A stretch of 35,242 nt of DNA from Burkholderiales bacterium. Its GTDB lineage: Bacteria > Pseudomonadota > Gammaproteobacteria > Burkholderiales > SG8-41. The notes beneath the pieces were generated by a model. That model did no database searches. It was not told where the DNA came from and saw only the letters and a program-made list of their open reading frames with translations. Shown one piece after another: positions 1-8,474 of the stretch (position 1 is its first letter; each line of letters opens with the position of its first letter). The DNA lies in the NCBI GenBank assembly GCA_019746155.1, contig JAIESJ010000049.1:1-35242 (forward strand), in the 5' to 3' direction. The position numbers and the translations under genes were made by a program.

Positions 1-42
1 CCGCGGACAGCCCTGGGACTGCCGACGCTACTCCCCTCTGCG
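1..42 (-). ncRNA. 5' part of a second yybP-ykoY riboswitch (truncated by window edge)
   Basis: Minus strand reads GCAGAGGGGAGTAGC (AGGGGAGTAGC at 37..27, identical to 301-311 on +), followed by a P2-like hairpin GGCAGTC-ccag-GGCTGTC. The 3' half lies outside the window. Confidence 0.6.
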
Positions 43-234
43 AGGATGCTCATGTTGCGCGCGCTGCCGCTGACGGCGGCGCGCGCAACGCATGTCTCAG
101 TCAGAGACGCCTCAGATTATGGGTCGATGGCATGTCGAAATGAAATGAAACTTTGTAATACGATAGATTGATATCCATGTACGTTTTCCGCGTTCTTAAT
201 GCCGTCCATTAAGTAACATAATGCATGGCCTGGC

Positions 235-264
235 TTGACGCGGGTAAATTGGCTGTGTTAAAAA
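235..264 (+). promoter_or_regulatory. Putative sigma70 promoter for the riboswitch-lysR transcript
   Basis: TTGACG (235-240), 17-18 nt spacer, TG-n-TAAAAA; lies ~35 nt upstream of the aptamer. Confidence 0.45.
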
Positions 265-297
265 CTGGCTGCGTTCCGGGATCCGGATACGCCCCTC

Positions 298-412
298 CAA
301 AGGGGAGTAGCTTTAGTGGCGCCATTGAAGCGCCATTCAGCAGGGCCGTCATTACGGGACTTGAGGGTCCCCGGTCCTGTTGGCAACGAAAGCGTTGTAA
401 GCGAGACCTTTG
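298..412 (+). ncRNA. yybP-ykoY (Mn2+-sensing) riboswitch aptamer
   Basis: Hallmark segments CAAAGGGGAGTAGC (298-311), CCGTCATTACGG (346-357) and GCGAGACCTTTG (401-412). P1 CAAAGG/CCTTTG closes the aptamer; internal hairpins TGGCGC/GCGCCA and CAACG-aaag-CGTTG. Confidence 0.9.
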
Positions 413-436
413 CCCAGATGGGTAAAGGTCTTTTTT
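404..436 (+). terminator. Intrinsic terminator, riboswitch expression platform
   Basis: AGACCTTTGCCC-agat-GGGTAAAGGTCT then T-tract; its 5' arm overlaps the aptamer P1 3' strand, so the two folds are mutually exclusive (ON-switch logic). Confidence 0.85.
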
Positions 437-439
437 ATT

Positions 440-480
440 TGCGGCCTTCGCCCGTCAGAGGTGAAGGCCGCATTGCTTTT
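440..480 (+). terminator. Second strong hairpin in the lysR leader
   Basis: TGCGGCCTTCGCC-cgtcaga-GGTGAAGGCCGCA followed by TTGCTTTT. Confidence 0.45.
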
Positions 481-544
481 GGGCATACCATAACGTGCCC
501 CGCATGCGGATTTAATCACCGTTATTGATGACGTGAGGCGATCC

Positions 545-1498
545 ATGCAACCCAGCAAAATTCGACGCTATCTCAAGCACGGCACGCTGCCGCAACTGAG
601 CGTGTTCGAGGCCGTTGCGCGCCACGGCAGCTTCACTCGTGCCGCCGAGGAACTCTACATGGCACAGCCGACCGTTTCGGTGCAGATAAGGAAGCTCGCC
701 GAAACCGTCGGGCTGCCGTTGTTCGAGCAGATTGGCAAGCAGATACATCTCACGGAAGCCGGACGCGAGCTCTACGCCGCATGCCACGAGATATTCAGCA
801 CACTGCACGGCGTCGAGAGCACGCTCTCCGATATCCGCGGCCTTAAATGCGGGCGCCTGCAGCTGGCGGCGAGCACCACGGGAAAATATTTTGCCCCGCG
901 CATGCTCGCAGGGTTCGTGCAACGTCATCCCGGCATCGAGGTGTCACTCCAGATCCATCCCCGCGAAACGCTGATTGAACGCATGGCGCAAAACGCCGAC
1001 GACCTCTATATCTTCGCCAATCCGCCCACCGATTCGGAGGTTGTGACGCAGATGATCCTGCCCAATCCGATGGTGGTGTTCGCACGCGCCGACCATCCGC
1101 TGGCGCGTGAAAGGAACATCCCGTTCGAGCGCTTCGCCCGGGAGCCATTCCTGATGCGCGAGCCCGGTTCCGGCACGCGCATGGTGGCTCAACAAATCTT
1201 TGAACAACGCGGCGTCAGGCCCTCGGTACGCATGGAACTGTCCACCAACGAGGCGATCAAGCAAGCGATCCTCGCCGGTCTCGGCGTCTCCATCATGTCG
1301 CGCTACACGCTGGGTCTCGGCGTGGCGCAGGACCAGCTCGTCACGCTCGATGTCGAAGGCTTTCCCCTGGAGCGTCACTGGTACTTCGTCTACCCCGTAG
1401 GCAAGCAATTGCCGGTAGTGGCGCAGACATTCATGGATTTCGTGCGCAAGGAAGTCAAGAATCTGGTGCTGGATCACCTGCCCCTGACCAAGCAGTGA
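545..1498 (+). CDS. LysR-family transcriptional regulator, CbbR/CmpR-like
   Basis: HTH TLPQLSVFEAVARHGSFTRAAEELYMAQPTVS; effector-domain motifs TTGKYFAPR, REPGSGTR, NEAIKQAILAGLGVS. ATG 545 follows GAGG. Confidence 0.9.
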   Translation: MQPSKIRRYLKHGTLPQLSVFEAVARHGSFTRAAEELYMAQPTVSVQIRKLAETVGLPLFEQIGKQIHLTEAGRELYAACHEIFSTLHGVESTLSDIRGLKCGRLQLAASTTGKYFAPRMLAGFVQRHPGIEVSLQIHPRETLIERMAQNADDLYIFANPPTDSEVVTQMILPNPMVVFARADHPLARERNIPFERFAREPFLMREPGSGTRMVAQQIFEQRGVRPSVRMELSTNEAIKQAILAGLGVSIMSRYTLGLGVAQDQLVTLDVEGFPLERHWYFVYPVGKQLPVVAQTFMDFVRKEVKNLVLDHLPLTKQ

Positions 1499-1517
1499 TG
1501 CCGCGGGGATTCGATAG

Positions 1518-1921
1518 CCGTACCAGGACCCGGCAGACACCGGCGTGGACCAGATGATCGCTGCGGTCAGCGCCGAGAAACGCATCAAGGTCTATCTGAA
1601 TTCCGTGATCGCCAGGACCAGCGGCGCACCCGGACGCTTTTCTGTCGAAATCGCCGCCGAATCGGGCGGCATCACCACCGAAGAGGTGGGCGCCATCGTG
1701 CAGGCCTCGGGATTCACGACTTACGATGCCGGCAAACTTCCCGAATTCGCCTACGGCAAGACGCCGAACGTCGTCGATCAGGCCGGCCTGGAGAAGCTGG
1801 CAAAAGAAGCCGCCGCCCAGGGCGCGCCGCGCATCCGCGTTCGGGCGATCTGTCGTTTCCGATCGTGCGCCTCGAAGGCTGCACGCAGTGCAAACGCTGC
1901 ACCGTGGAGTGCCCGTTCGGC
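1518..1921 (+). pseudogene. qmoB: qmoB/hdrA-like relic (two internal fragments, frameshifted)
   Basis: No start or N-terminus. PYQDPADTGVDQMIAAV...GAIVQASGF...EKLAKEA, then a frameshift near 1820 into AHPRSGDLSFP...CTQCKRCTVECPFG, a QmoB-type ferredoxin segment. Confidence 0.7.
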
Positions 1922-2074
1922 CCGTACTGGGAGCACTCTCCGCAGAAAATCTTCATGATGATCCGCGCGGGAAAGCGCGAGGAAGTGCTCAGATCCGATT
2001 CGATGTGGATGTGCACCTCGTGCTACAATGGCGTGGTGCGCTGCCCGCGCCAGCTGCCGATCACCCAGAAATAG
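1922..2074 (+). pseudogene. hdrC: hdrC-like relic fused in frame to the qmoB fragment
   Basis: PYWEHSPQKIFMMIRAGKREEVLRSDSMWMCTSCYNGVVRCPRQLPIT: HdrC-type WxCxxCxxCxxxCP with the third Cys replaced by Gly, then a premature stop. Confidence 0.7.
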
Positions 2075-2148
2075 CAAATCTCGAAATAACCGAGATACTG
2101 GCTACGTAACATGCGGGCCGAACTCATCACCATTCTCCGGAGGCTTAA

Positions 2149-2958
2149 GTGACGGCCACCCCAACTGCCACCGAACCCGCCGACCCGCCGGTCCTGCTGC
2201 GCGCCGACGCCGACGGCATCACCACGCTCATTCTCAACCGTCCGCAGCAGTACAACGCGCTGTCCTCGGCGCTGCTGATCGAGCTGCAGGCGGCGATCGA
2301 CGCGATTGCGCGCGACGAGTCGGTGCGGGTCGTCGTCATCGCCGGCACCGGCAAGGCGTTCTGCGCCGGGCACGACCTCAAGGAAATGCGCGCCCATGCC
2401 GACCGCAAATTCATCAAGGACGTGTTCCAGCGCTGCAGCCGCCTGATGCTGAGCCTGACGCGCCTGCCCCAGCCGGTGATCGCGCGCGCCCACGGCATCG
2501 TCGCCGCAGCCGGTTGCCAGCTCGTCGCGCAATGCGACCTGGCAGTGGCGGCCGAGGGGGCGCGCTTTGCGACTTCGGGCATCAACGTCGGACTGTTCTG
2601 CGCCACGCCCGGCGTCGCGCTCACACGCAACATCTCGCGCAAGCGGGCGATGGAAATGCTGATGACGGGGGATTTCATCGACGCCGATACCGCGCTCGCC
2701 TACGGACTCATCAACCGCGTCGTGCCACTGGACGCACTGGACGCCGAAGTGAAGAAGCTCGCGCAATCTATCATCGCCAAGACGCCGGTCGCGGTCGCCG
2801 CCGGCAAGAAAATTTTCTACGAGCAGATCGAGGCCGGACTGGAGCAGGCCTACGAGCTTGCGTCCGAAACCATGGTTTGCAACATGATGACCGAGGATGC
2901 GGCCGAAGGGATAGACGCTTTCATGCAGAAGCGCAAGCCGCAGTGGAAAGGAAAATGA
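2149..2958 (+). CDS. Enoyl-CoA hydratase/isomerase (crotonase) family protein, ECHDC3-like
   Basis: LNRPQQYNALS, AFCAGHDLKEM, PQPVIARAHG, AAGCQLVAQCD, EGIDAFMQKRKPQWKG; GGAGG before GTG. Confidence 0.9.
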   Translation: MTATPTATEPADPPVLLRADADGITTLILNRPQQYNALSSALLIELQAAIDAIARDESVRVVVIAGTGKAFCAGHDLKEMRAHADRKFIKDVFQRCSRLMLSLTRLPQPVIARAHGIVAAAGCQLVAQCDLAVAAEGARFATSGINVGLFCATPGVALTRNISRKRAMEMLMTGDFIDADTALAYGLINRVVPLDALDAEVKKLAQSIIAKTPVAVAAGKKIFYEQIEAGLEQAYELASETMVCNMMTEDAAEGIDAFMQKRKPQWKGK

Positions 2959-3042
2959 AACGGTGTGGTCCAAGCGCCTTCCGCGTTCCACCGTCATCAC
3001 GTATCATATTGATTTATTTATATTTTTTTCTGATGCGCCGCT

Positions 3043-3070
3043 CTTGAAACCACGCTATTCCGCCCCCAGT
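3043..3070 (+). promoter_or_regulatory. sigma32 (RpoH) promoter of hsp20
   Basis: CTTGAAA-N14-CCCCAGT versus consensus CTTGAAA-N13/14-CCCCATnT. Confidence 0.75.
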
Positions 3071-3143
3071 TTTACGGGCAGGAGCGCGAGGTACCATCGT
3101 ATCCGCCGCTCCGTGGTCTTTAAGCAATTGGAGGTGATTTTTT

Positions 3144-3602
3144 ATGGCAAACATCACGACTTACAGTCCGTTTGAAGAAATTGCGCGCTTCAATCCGCTC
3201 GACGATCCGTTCGAAGATCTTTTCCGCGGTTTCTTCGTGCGGCCGTTGGCACTGGAGTCGCGCATGTGGGGACAGTCCGCGCCGTTCAGGATGGACGTCA
3301 CGGAGAACGATAAGGAGTATCGCGTCGTGGCCGAAATACCGGGCGTGCGCAAGGAAGACATCAGCGTCACCATCGACGGTGATCAGGTCTCCATCGCGGC
3401 GGAAGTAAAGCGCGAGAAAGACGTCAAGGACGACGAGAAGGCGCTGTGGTCCGAACGCCACTACGGCAAGCTGTACCGCGCATTCACCCTCGGTCACGAA
3501 ATCGACCAGGCAAATGCGCAAGCCAAGTATACCGATGGCGTGCTCGAACTGACGCTGCCCAAGTCGGAGTCGGCGTCAGGCAAGCGGGTCACAGTACATT
3601 GA
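3144..3602 (+). CDS. Small heat-shock protein (Hsp20/alpha-crystallin)
   Basis: MDVTENDKEYRVVAEIPGVRKEDI, ERHYGKLYRAFTL, AKYTDGVLELTLPK; GGAGG RBS. Confidence 0.93.
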   Translation: MANITTYSPFEEIARFNPLDDPFEDLFRGFFVRPLALESRMWGQSAPFRMDVTENDKEYRVVAEIPGVRKEDISVTIDGDQVSIAAEVKREKDVKDDEKALWSERHYGKLYRAFTLGHEIDQANAQAKYTDGVLELTLPKSESASGKRVTVH

Positions 3603-3621
3603 TCGCCCGTTGACCTCTCGC

Positions 3622-3649
3622 AAAAGCGGCCCGGAGGGGCCGCTTTTTT
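3622..3649. terminator. Bidirectional intrinsic terminator between hsp20 and htpG
   Basis: AAAAGCGGCCC-ggag-GGGCCGCTTTTTT between convergent genes. Confidence 0.85.
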
Positions 3650-3719
3650 ATTGCCGTCATGCAAGACAGCGGACCGACGGCAAGCGGACGCGCCGCGCCG
3701 CTTAAGGCGGCGTTGACCT

Positions 3720-5630
3720 CTATTTTCCGCCCCACGCCAGCATCAACTGATTGAGCCGCTTGACGAACCCCGCCGGGTCTTCGAGCTGGCCGCCCTCGGC
3801 CAGCAGCGACTGATCGAACAGAATCTGGACGAGGTCGTTGAAGCGCTCGCCCCGCGCTTCTTCCCTGAGCCGCAGCACCAGCGGGTGATGCGGGTTGATT
3901 TCGAGAATGGGCTTCGAGGCCGGCACCTTCTGTCCGGCCGCCTTGAGCAGGCGCTGGAGGTTGGCATTCAAGTCGTGTTCGTCGGCCACCAGGCACGCCG
4001 GCGATTCGGTGAGCCGCAGCGTGACACGCACGTCCTTGACGCGCTCGCCGAGCGTCTTTCTGATTTTCTCGACGAGTTCCCTGAATTCCCCCGCCTCTTT
4101 TTCCTGCTCTTTTTTCTCCGTCTCGTCCTCGAGCCGGCCCAGTTCCAGCCGGCCCTTCGCGACCGACTGCAGCGGCTTGCCCTCGAACTCGGTCAGGTGC
4201 GACGCCACCCACTCATCGACGCGGTCGTAGAGGAGCAGCACTTCCACACCCTTCTTGCGGAAAATCTCGAGATGCGGACTGTTCTTCGCCGCGGCGAAGC
4301 TCTCGGCGGTGATGTAGTAGATTTTCTCTTGGCCCGGTTTCATGCGCGAGACATAGTCGGCAAGCGACACCACCTGTTCCTCGGCGTCCTTGTGCGTGGA
4401 GGCAAAGCGCAGCAGTCTGGCGATGCGCTCGCGGTTGGCGTGGTCTTCGCCCACGCCCTCCTTGAACACCAGCCCGAATTCCTTCCAGAAGGTCGCGAAC
4501 TTCTCCCTGTGGTTCTCGGCCAGGTCCTCGATCATCGACAACACGCGCTTCACCGACCCGGCGCGGATGGCTTCGATGTCCTTGGACTCCTGCAGGATTT
4601 CGCGCGATACGTTGAGCGGCAGATCATTGGAATCGATCACGCCGCGCACGAAGCGCAGATACGCCGGCAGCAGGCGCTCGGCATCGTCCATGATGAATAC
4701 GCGGCGCACGTAGAGCTTGACGCCGCGCCGGTGCTCGCGGTCCCACAGGTCAAACGGCGCGTGCGACGGGATATAGAGCAGCTGGGTGTATTCCTTCCGG
4801 CCTTCGACGCGGTTGTGCGAATAGGCGAGCGGCGCCTCGAAATCGTGCGCCACATGCTTGTAGAACTCGTGGTACTGCTCCTCGGTGATTTCGGACTTGG
4901 GCCGCGCCCACAACGCGCTTGCCTGGTTAACGGTCTCGTCCTCGTCGGTGAGCTTGTTCTTGCCCGAATCCTTGTCCCATTCCTCTTTTTTCATCACGAT
5001 CGGCAGCGTGATGTGGTCGGAATACTTGCGGATGATCGAGCGCAGGCGATAGCCGTTGAGAAGCTCGTCCTCGCCTTCGCGCAGATGCAGCGTGACCTCG
5101 GTGCCGCGCGCCGCCTTTTCCACGGTTTCGATGGTGTACTCGCCGCTGCCGTCGGATTCCCATCTCACGCCATGCTCGGCGGTCAGCCCCGCGCGGCGGG
5201 TGGTGAGCGTCACCTTGTCGGCGACGATGAACGATGAATAGAAGCCCACGCCGAACTGGCCGATGAGATGCGCGTCCTTGGCCTCGTCTCCGGTCAGCCG
5301 CTGGAAGAACTCGCGCGTGCCCGACTTGGCGATGGTGCCGATATGTTCGATCACTTCCTGGCGCGACATGCCGATGCCGTTGTCGGATACCGTGATGGTG
5401 CGCGCCTTCGGGTCGTAGGCGATCCGGATTTTCAGCTCGGCATCGTTCTCGTAGAGCGCCTTGTCGGTGAGCGCCTCGAATCTGAGCTTATCGCAGGCGT
5501 CCGAAGCGTTTGAAACCAGCTCCCTCAGGAAAATCTCCTTGTTGCTGTACAGGGAGTGGATCATCAGGTTGAGCAGCTGTTTGACTTCGGCCTGGAAGCC
5601 TAAAGTCTCCTTGGTCTGGGTTTCTGCCAT
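3720..5630 (-). CDS. htpG: Hsp90 chaperone HtpG
   Basis: [65 protein letters not shown]. Confidence 0.98.
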   Translation of the reverse strand: MAETQTKETLGFQAEVKQLLNLMIHSLYSNKEIFLRELVSNASDACDKLRFEALTDKALYENDAELKIRIAYDPKARTITVSDNGIGMSRQEVIEHIGTIAKSGTREFFQRLTGDEAKDAHLIGQFGVGFYSSFIVADKVTLTTRRAGLTAEHGVRWESDGSGEYTIETVEKAARGTEVTLHLREGEDELLNGYRLRSIIRKYSDHITLPIVMKKEEWDKDSGKNKLTDEDETVNQASALWARPKSEITEEQYHEFYKHVAHDFEAPLAYSHNRVEGRKEYTQLLYIPSHAPFDLWDREHRRGVKLYVRRVFIMDDAERLLPAYLRFVRGVIDSNDLPLNVSREILQESKDIEAIRAGSVKRVLSMIEDLAENHREKFATFWKEFGLVFKEGVGEDHANRERIARLLRFASTHKDAEEQVVSLADYVSRMKPGQEKIYYITAESFAAAKNSPHLEIFRKKGVEVLLLYDRVDEWVASHLTEFEGKPLQSVAKGRLELGRLEDETEKKEQEKEAGEFRELVEKIRKTLGERVKDVRVTLRLTESPACLVADEHDLNANLQRLLKAAGQKVPASKPILEINPHHPLVLRLREEARGERFNDLVQILFDQSLLAEGGQLEDPAGFVKRLNQLMLAWGGK

Positions 5631-5660
5631 TTTTTCCTCGCTAAAACAAACGGTTATATA

Positions 5661-5686
5661 ATTGGGGCAGATGCCCGGATTTCAAG
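5661..5686 (-). promoter_or_regulatory. sigma32 promoter of htpG
   Basis: Minus strand CTTGAAA-N12-CCCCAAT, 30 nt upstream of the ATG. Confidence 0.75.
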
Positions 5687-5780
5687 CCCCGACTGGTCGA
5701 GGCCGGCGGCAGTCGCTGCGGTCTGTAAGTAAGTGCGATATTATCGCGTCTTAATGAGTCCAAAAACCGAGGAGAAAACC

Positions 5781-7112
5781 TTGAAATCTCTGCTTTCGAT
5801 CAAGTCCTGGCTGGCTGCAGTGGCACTCAGCGTGTTCTGTACAACGGCATATGCGCAACAAGTATTGTCGATCGTTACCTCATTCCCCAAAGACCTGACC
5901 GAGGTTTACAAAAAAGCCTTTGAAACGCGCAATCCCGGCGTCAAGGTCGAAATCCTCAACAAGGGCACCTCGGCCGGCGTGGCCTATGTGCGCGAAGCGC
6001 CCGCCAACAACAAACCGGACATTTTCTGGGCCTCGGCCCCCGACGCCTTCGAGGTGCTGGCGAAAGACGGGCTGCTCGCCAAATACGACGGCAGGAATCC
6101 GGCCGTGCCGGCCAGGATCGGCGCCTATCCGGTCAACGACCCGAAAGGCTATTACTACGGGCAGGCGCTCGCCGGCTACGGCCTGATGTGGAACACGCGC
6201 TACATGAAAGCCAACAAGCTGCCCGAGCCCAGGGAATGGGCGGACCTCACCAAGCCGGTGTACTTCGGACATGTCGCCATCTCCTCGCCGTCGCGCTCCG
6301 GCACCACCCACCTCACCGTGGAAACCATCCTGCAGGGCGAAGGCTGGGAAAAGGGCTGGCGCCAGATGCTGCAGATCGCCGGCAACTGCGCCGCGATCAC
6401 TGAAAGGAGCTTCGGCGTGCCCGACGGCGTCAATAACGGCCAGTTCGGCATCGGCCTGGTCATCGACTTCTTCGGCCTGTCGGCCAAGGCTTCCGGCTTC
6501 CCCGTCGAATTCGTCTATCCCTCGGTCACCGCCATCGTGCCGGCCAACATCGGCCTGATCGCCAACGCCAAAAATGCCGAACTGGGCAAGAAATTCATCG
6601 CCTTCACGCTGTCGGAAGAAGGCCAGCAATTGTTGCTTGAGCCCAAAATCAGCCGCCTGCCGGTACTGCCCGCCATTTACGCCAAGGCACCCAAGGATTA
6701 TCCCAACCCGTACGGCGGCAAGATCAAGGCCAAGGTCAACTTCGATTCGGAACTGTCCGAGTCGCGCTACTACGTGGTGAGTTCGATTTTCGACCAGACC
6801 ATCACCTTCCGCCACAAGGAGCTGGTCGCCGCCACCCGGGCCATCAACGAGGCCGCCGCCAAGCTCGCCGGCAAGTCCAATCCGCAGGCGCAGAAACTGC
6901 TCGCCGAAGCGCGCGAACTGGCCTATACCCCTGTGGTTTCCGAGGAGAAATCCAGGGACAAGGCCTTCCTGGCGCTGTTCCGCGACACCAAGCGCGACGC
7001 GCTGAAGACCAAGCAGCTGACCGGTCTGGAAGAATACTGGAATAGCACTGCGCGCAAGAACTATGCCAGGGCGGTCGAGCTCGCCAACCAGGCGGCAACT
7101 CTCGCCAAATAA
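5781..7112 (+). CDS. ABC transporter substrate-binding protein (FbpA/PgtC-like class II SBP)
   Basis: TTG start after GAGGAG; signal peptide ending AYA-QQ; DIFWASAPDAF, PSRSGTTHLTVETILQ, IGLVIDFF. Confidence 0.85.
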   Translation: MKSLLSIKSWLAAVALSVFCTTAYAQQVLSIVTSFPKDLTEVYKKAFETRNPGVKVEILNKGTSAGVAYVREAPANNKPDIFWASAPDAFEVLAKDGLLAKYDGRNPAVPARIGAYPVNDPKGYYYGQALAGYGLMWNTRYMKANKLPEPREWADLTKPVYFGHVAISSPSRSGTTHLTVETILQGEGWEKGWRQMLQIAGNCAAITERSFGVPDGVNNGQFGIGLVIDFFGLSAKASGFPVEFVYPSVTAIVPANIGLIANAKNAELGKKFIAFTLSEEGQQLLLEPKISRLPVLPAIYAKAPKDYPNPYGGKIKAKVNFDSELSESRYYVVSSIFDQTITFRHKELVAATRAINEAAAKLAGKSNPQAQKLLAEARELAYTPVVSEEKSRDKAFLALFRDTKRDALKTKQLTGLEEYWNSTARKNYARAVELANQAATLAK

Positions 7113-7175
7113 ATCCCAGTCCGAACACAGGGAGAGGTTCTTGAAAGCACTCAGGCCCGCGGCGGCGCGGCTCGA

Positions 7176-8474
7176 ATGCCTCGGCAGCTAGGTATGCTCA
7201 TTCCCGCCGACCACGCGCAACGCCTCGTCCTCAACGATGAAGTCCACGCCCGGCCCTACGCCCAGGTCGAGGCGCCCGAGCGCGTCGCGTTTCTGGCACT
7301 GCTCTCCGGCGACAGTGGCAGTGGCGCAGCCCCCCACGCCCTTGCCCGCCTGTTCGAGCGCATGGGCCGGCCGGTGCCGCGGCTCGACGTCCCTCACGTC
7401 AGCGCCGACCTCGGCGCGTTCCGCCTGATATGGGAGCGCCATACCGAGTTCGCGAGCTACACCTTCTTTTGCCGCGGCGATGCCGGCGCGCCCTTCGCGT
7501 CGAGCGCGCTCGACGCGGTGCCCGCCGATTGGCTGGAGGCGCTCCCCGGTGAGACCATCGTCGCGACCCAGGTCGCGGTCGCGAAAGCGCCCGGGCCGAT
7601 TCCGGCGGCGCGGGAAATCGCACAAAGCTTCGCGGACAACCCCATCGTCGGTGCCGCGGTCGCTTCAGGCGCGGCCTGCGTGTTCACCGATTTCCGCATT
7701 CATCCCGACCGCATGAGCCGCTTCCTGCTGCTCGACCGCGGGCTCGGCCGCTACCAGGCCGGGCGCATCGTGCAGCGGCTGCTCGAGATCGAGACCTACC
7801 GCATGATGGCATTGCTCGCCTTCCCGGTGGCGCGCCGCGTCGGAAGCGAGATCAGCGCCGCCGAGCGCACGCTCTCCGCGCTCACGGAACGCATGGCAGG
7901 CGCCGGCACCGAGGACGAGCCGCAACTGCTCAACGAACTGACGCGGCTCGCCGCGTCGGTGGAGAGATCGGTGTCGGCAAGCAAATACCGCTTCGGCGCC
8001 GCGCGCGCCTACCACGAACTTACCCGTGACCGCATCCGCGGCCTGCGCGAGGAGCGCATCCCCGGCCTCCAGACCATCGGCGAGTTCATGGAACGGCGGC
8101 TCGCGCCGGCGATGAACACCTGCGAGTCGATGGCCAAGCGCCAGGACGAGCTTTCCGCGCGCATCGCGCGCTCGAGCGACCTGCTGCGCACGCGCGTGGA
8201 CGTCGAACGCGAGCAGCAGAACCTGCAGATGCTGGCGCAGATGAATCGCCGCGCCAAACTGCAGCTCCGGCTGCAGGAAACGGTCGAGGGCCTGTCGGTC
8301 GCGGCGATCACCTATTACGCCGTGGGCCTGATCGGCTACCTTGCCAAGGCGGCGAAAAGTTTCGGCATCCACTTCGAGCCTGATCTCGTGACGGGAATTT
8401 CCATCCCGATCGTGGCGGTGCTGGTGATGCTCGGCGTGCGCCACATCCGCAAGACCGTGATGCGGGCGTCATGA
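7176..8474 (+). CDS. DUF3422 membrane-anchored protein (start may be 7194)
   Basis: EVHARP, WERHTEF, GRIVQRLLEIETYRMMALL, LLRTRVDV, QLRLQETVEGLSVAAITYY, two C-terminal TM helices. Confidence 0.85.
   Translation: MPRQLGMLIPADHAQRLVLNDEVHARPYAQVEAPERVAFLALLSGDSGSGAAPHALARLFERMGRPVPRLDVPHVSADLGAFRLIWERHTEFASYTFFCRGDAGAPFASSALDAVPADWLEALPGETIVATQVAVAKAPGPIPAAREIAQSFADNPIVGAAVASGAACVFTDFRIHPDRMSRFLLLDRGLGRYQAGRIVQRLLEIETYRMMALLAFPVARRVGSEISAAERTLSALTERMAGAGTEDEPQLLNELTRLAASVERSVSASKYRFGAARAYHELTRDRIRGLREERIPGLQTIGEFMERRLAPAMNTCESMAKRQDELSARIARSSDLLRTRVDVEREQQNLQMLAQMNRRAKLQLRLQETVEGLSVAAITYYAVGLIGYLAKAAKSFGIHFEPDLVTGISIPIVAVLVMLGVRHIRKTVMRAS

Noticed and set aside
1-53. Minus-strand ATG at 53 (MSILAEGSSVGSPRAVR) as the start of a divergent gene
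   Set aside because: No RBS, and the same bases match the yybP-ykoY 5' motif; cannot be fully excluded at the window edge.
163-178. ATAGA-N6-TCCAT as a LysR box
   Set aside because: Spacing is T-N12-A rather than T-N11-A; plausible location but not supportable.
225-528. Short ORFs (66 and 70 aa) upstream of lysR
   Set aside because: They overlap the riboswitch and terminator and have no recognisable protein motifs.
3071-3143. ROSE RNA thermometer in the hsp20 leader
   Set aside because: No U(U/C)GCU anti-SD motif pairing with the GGAGG was found.
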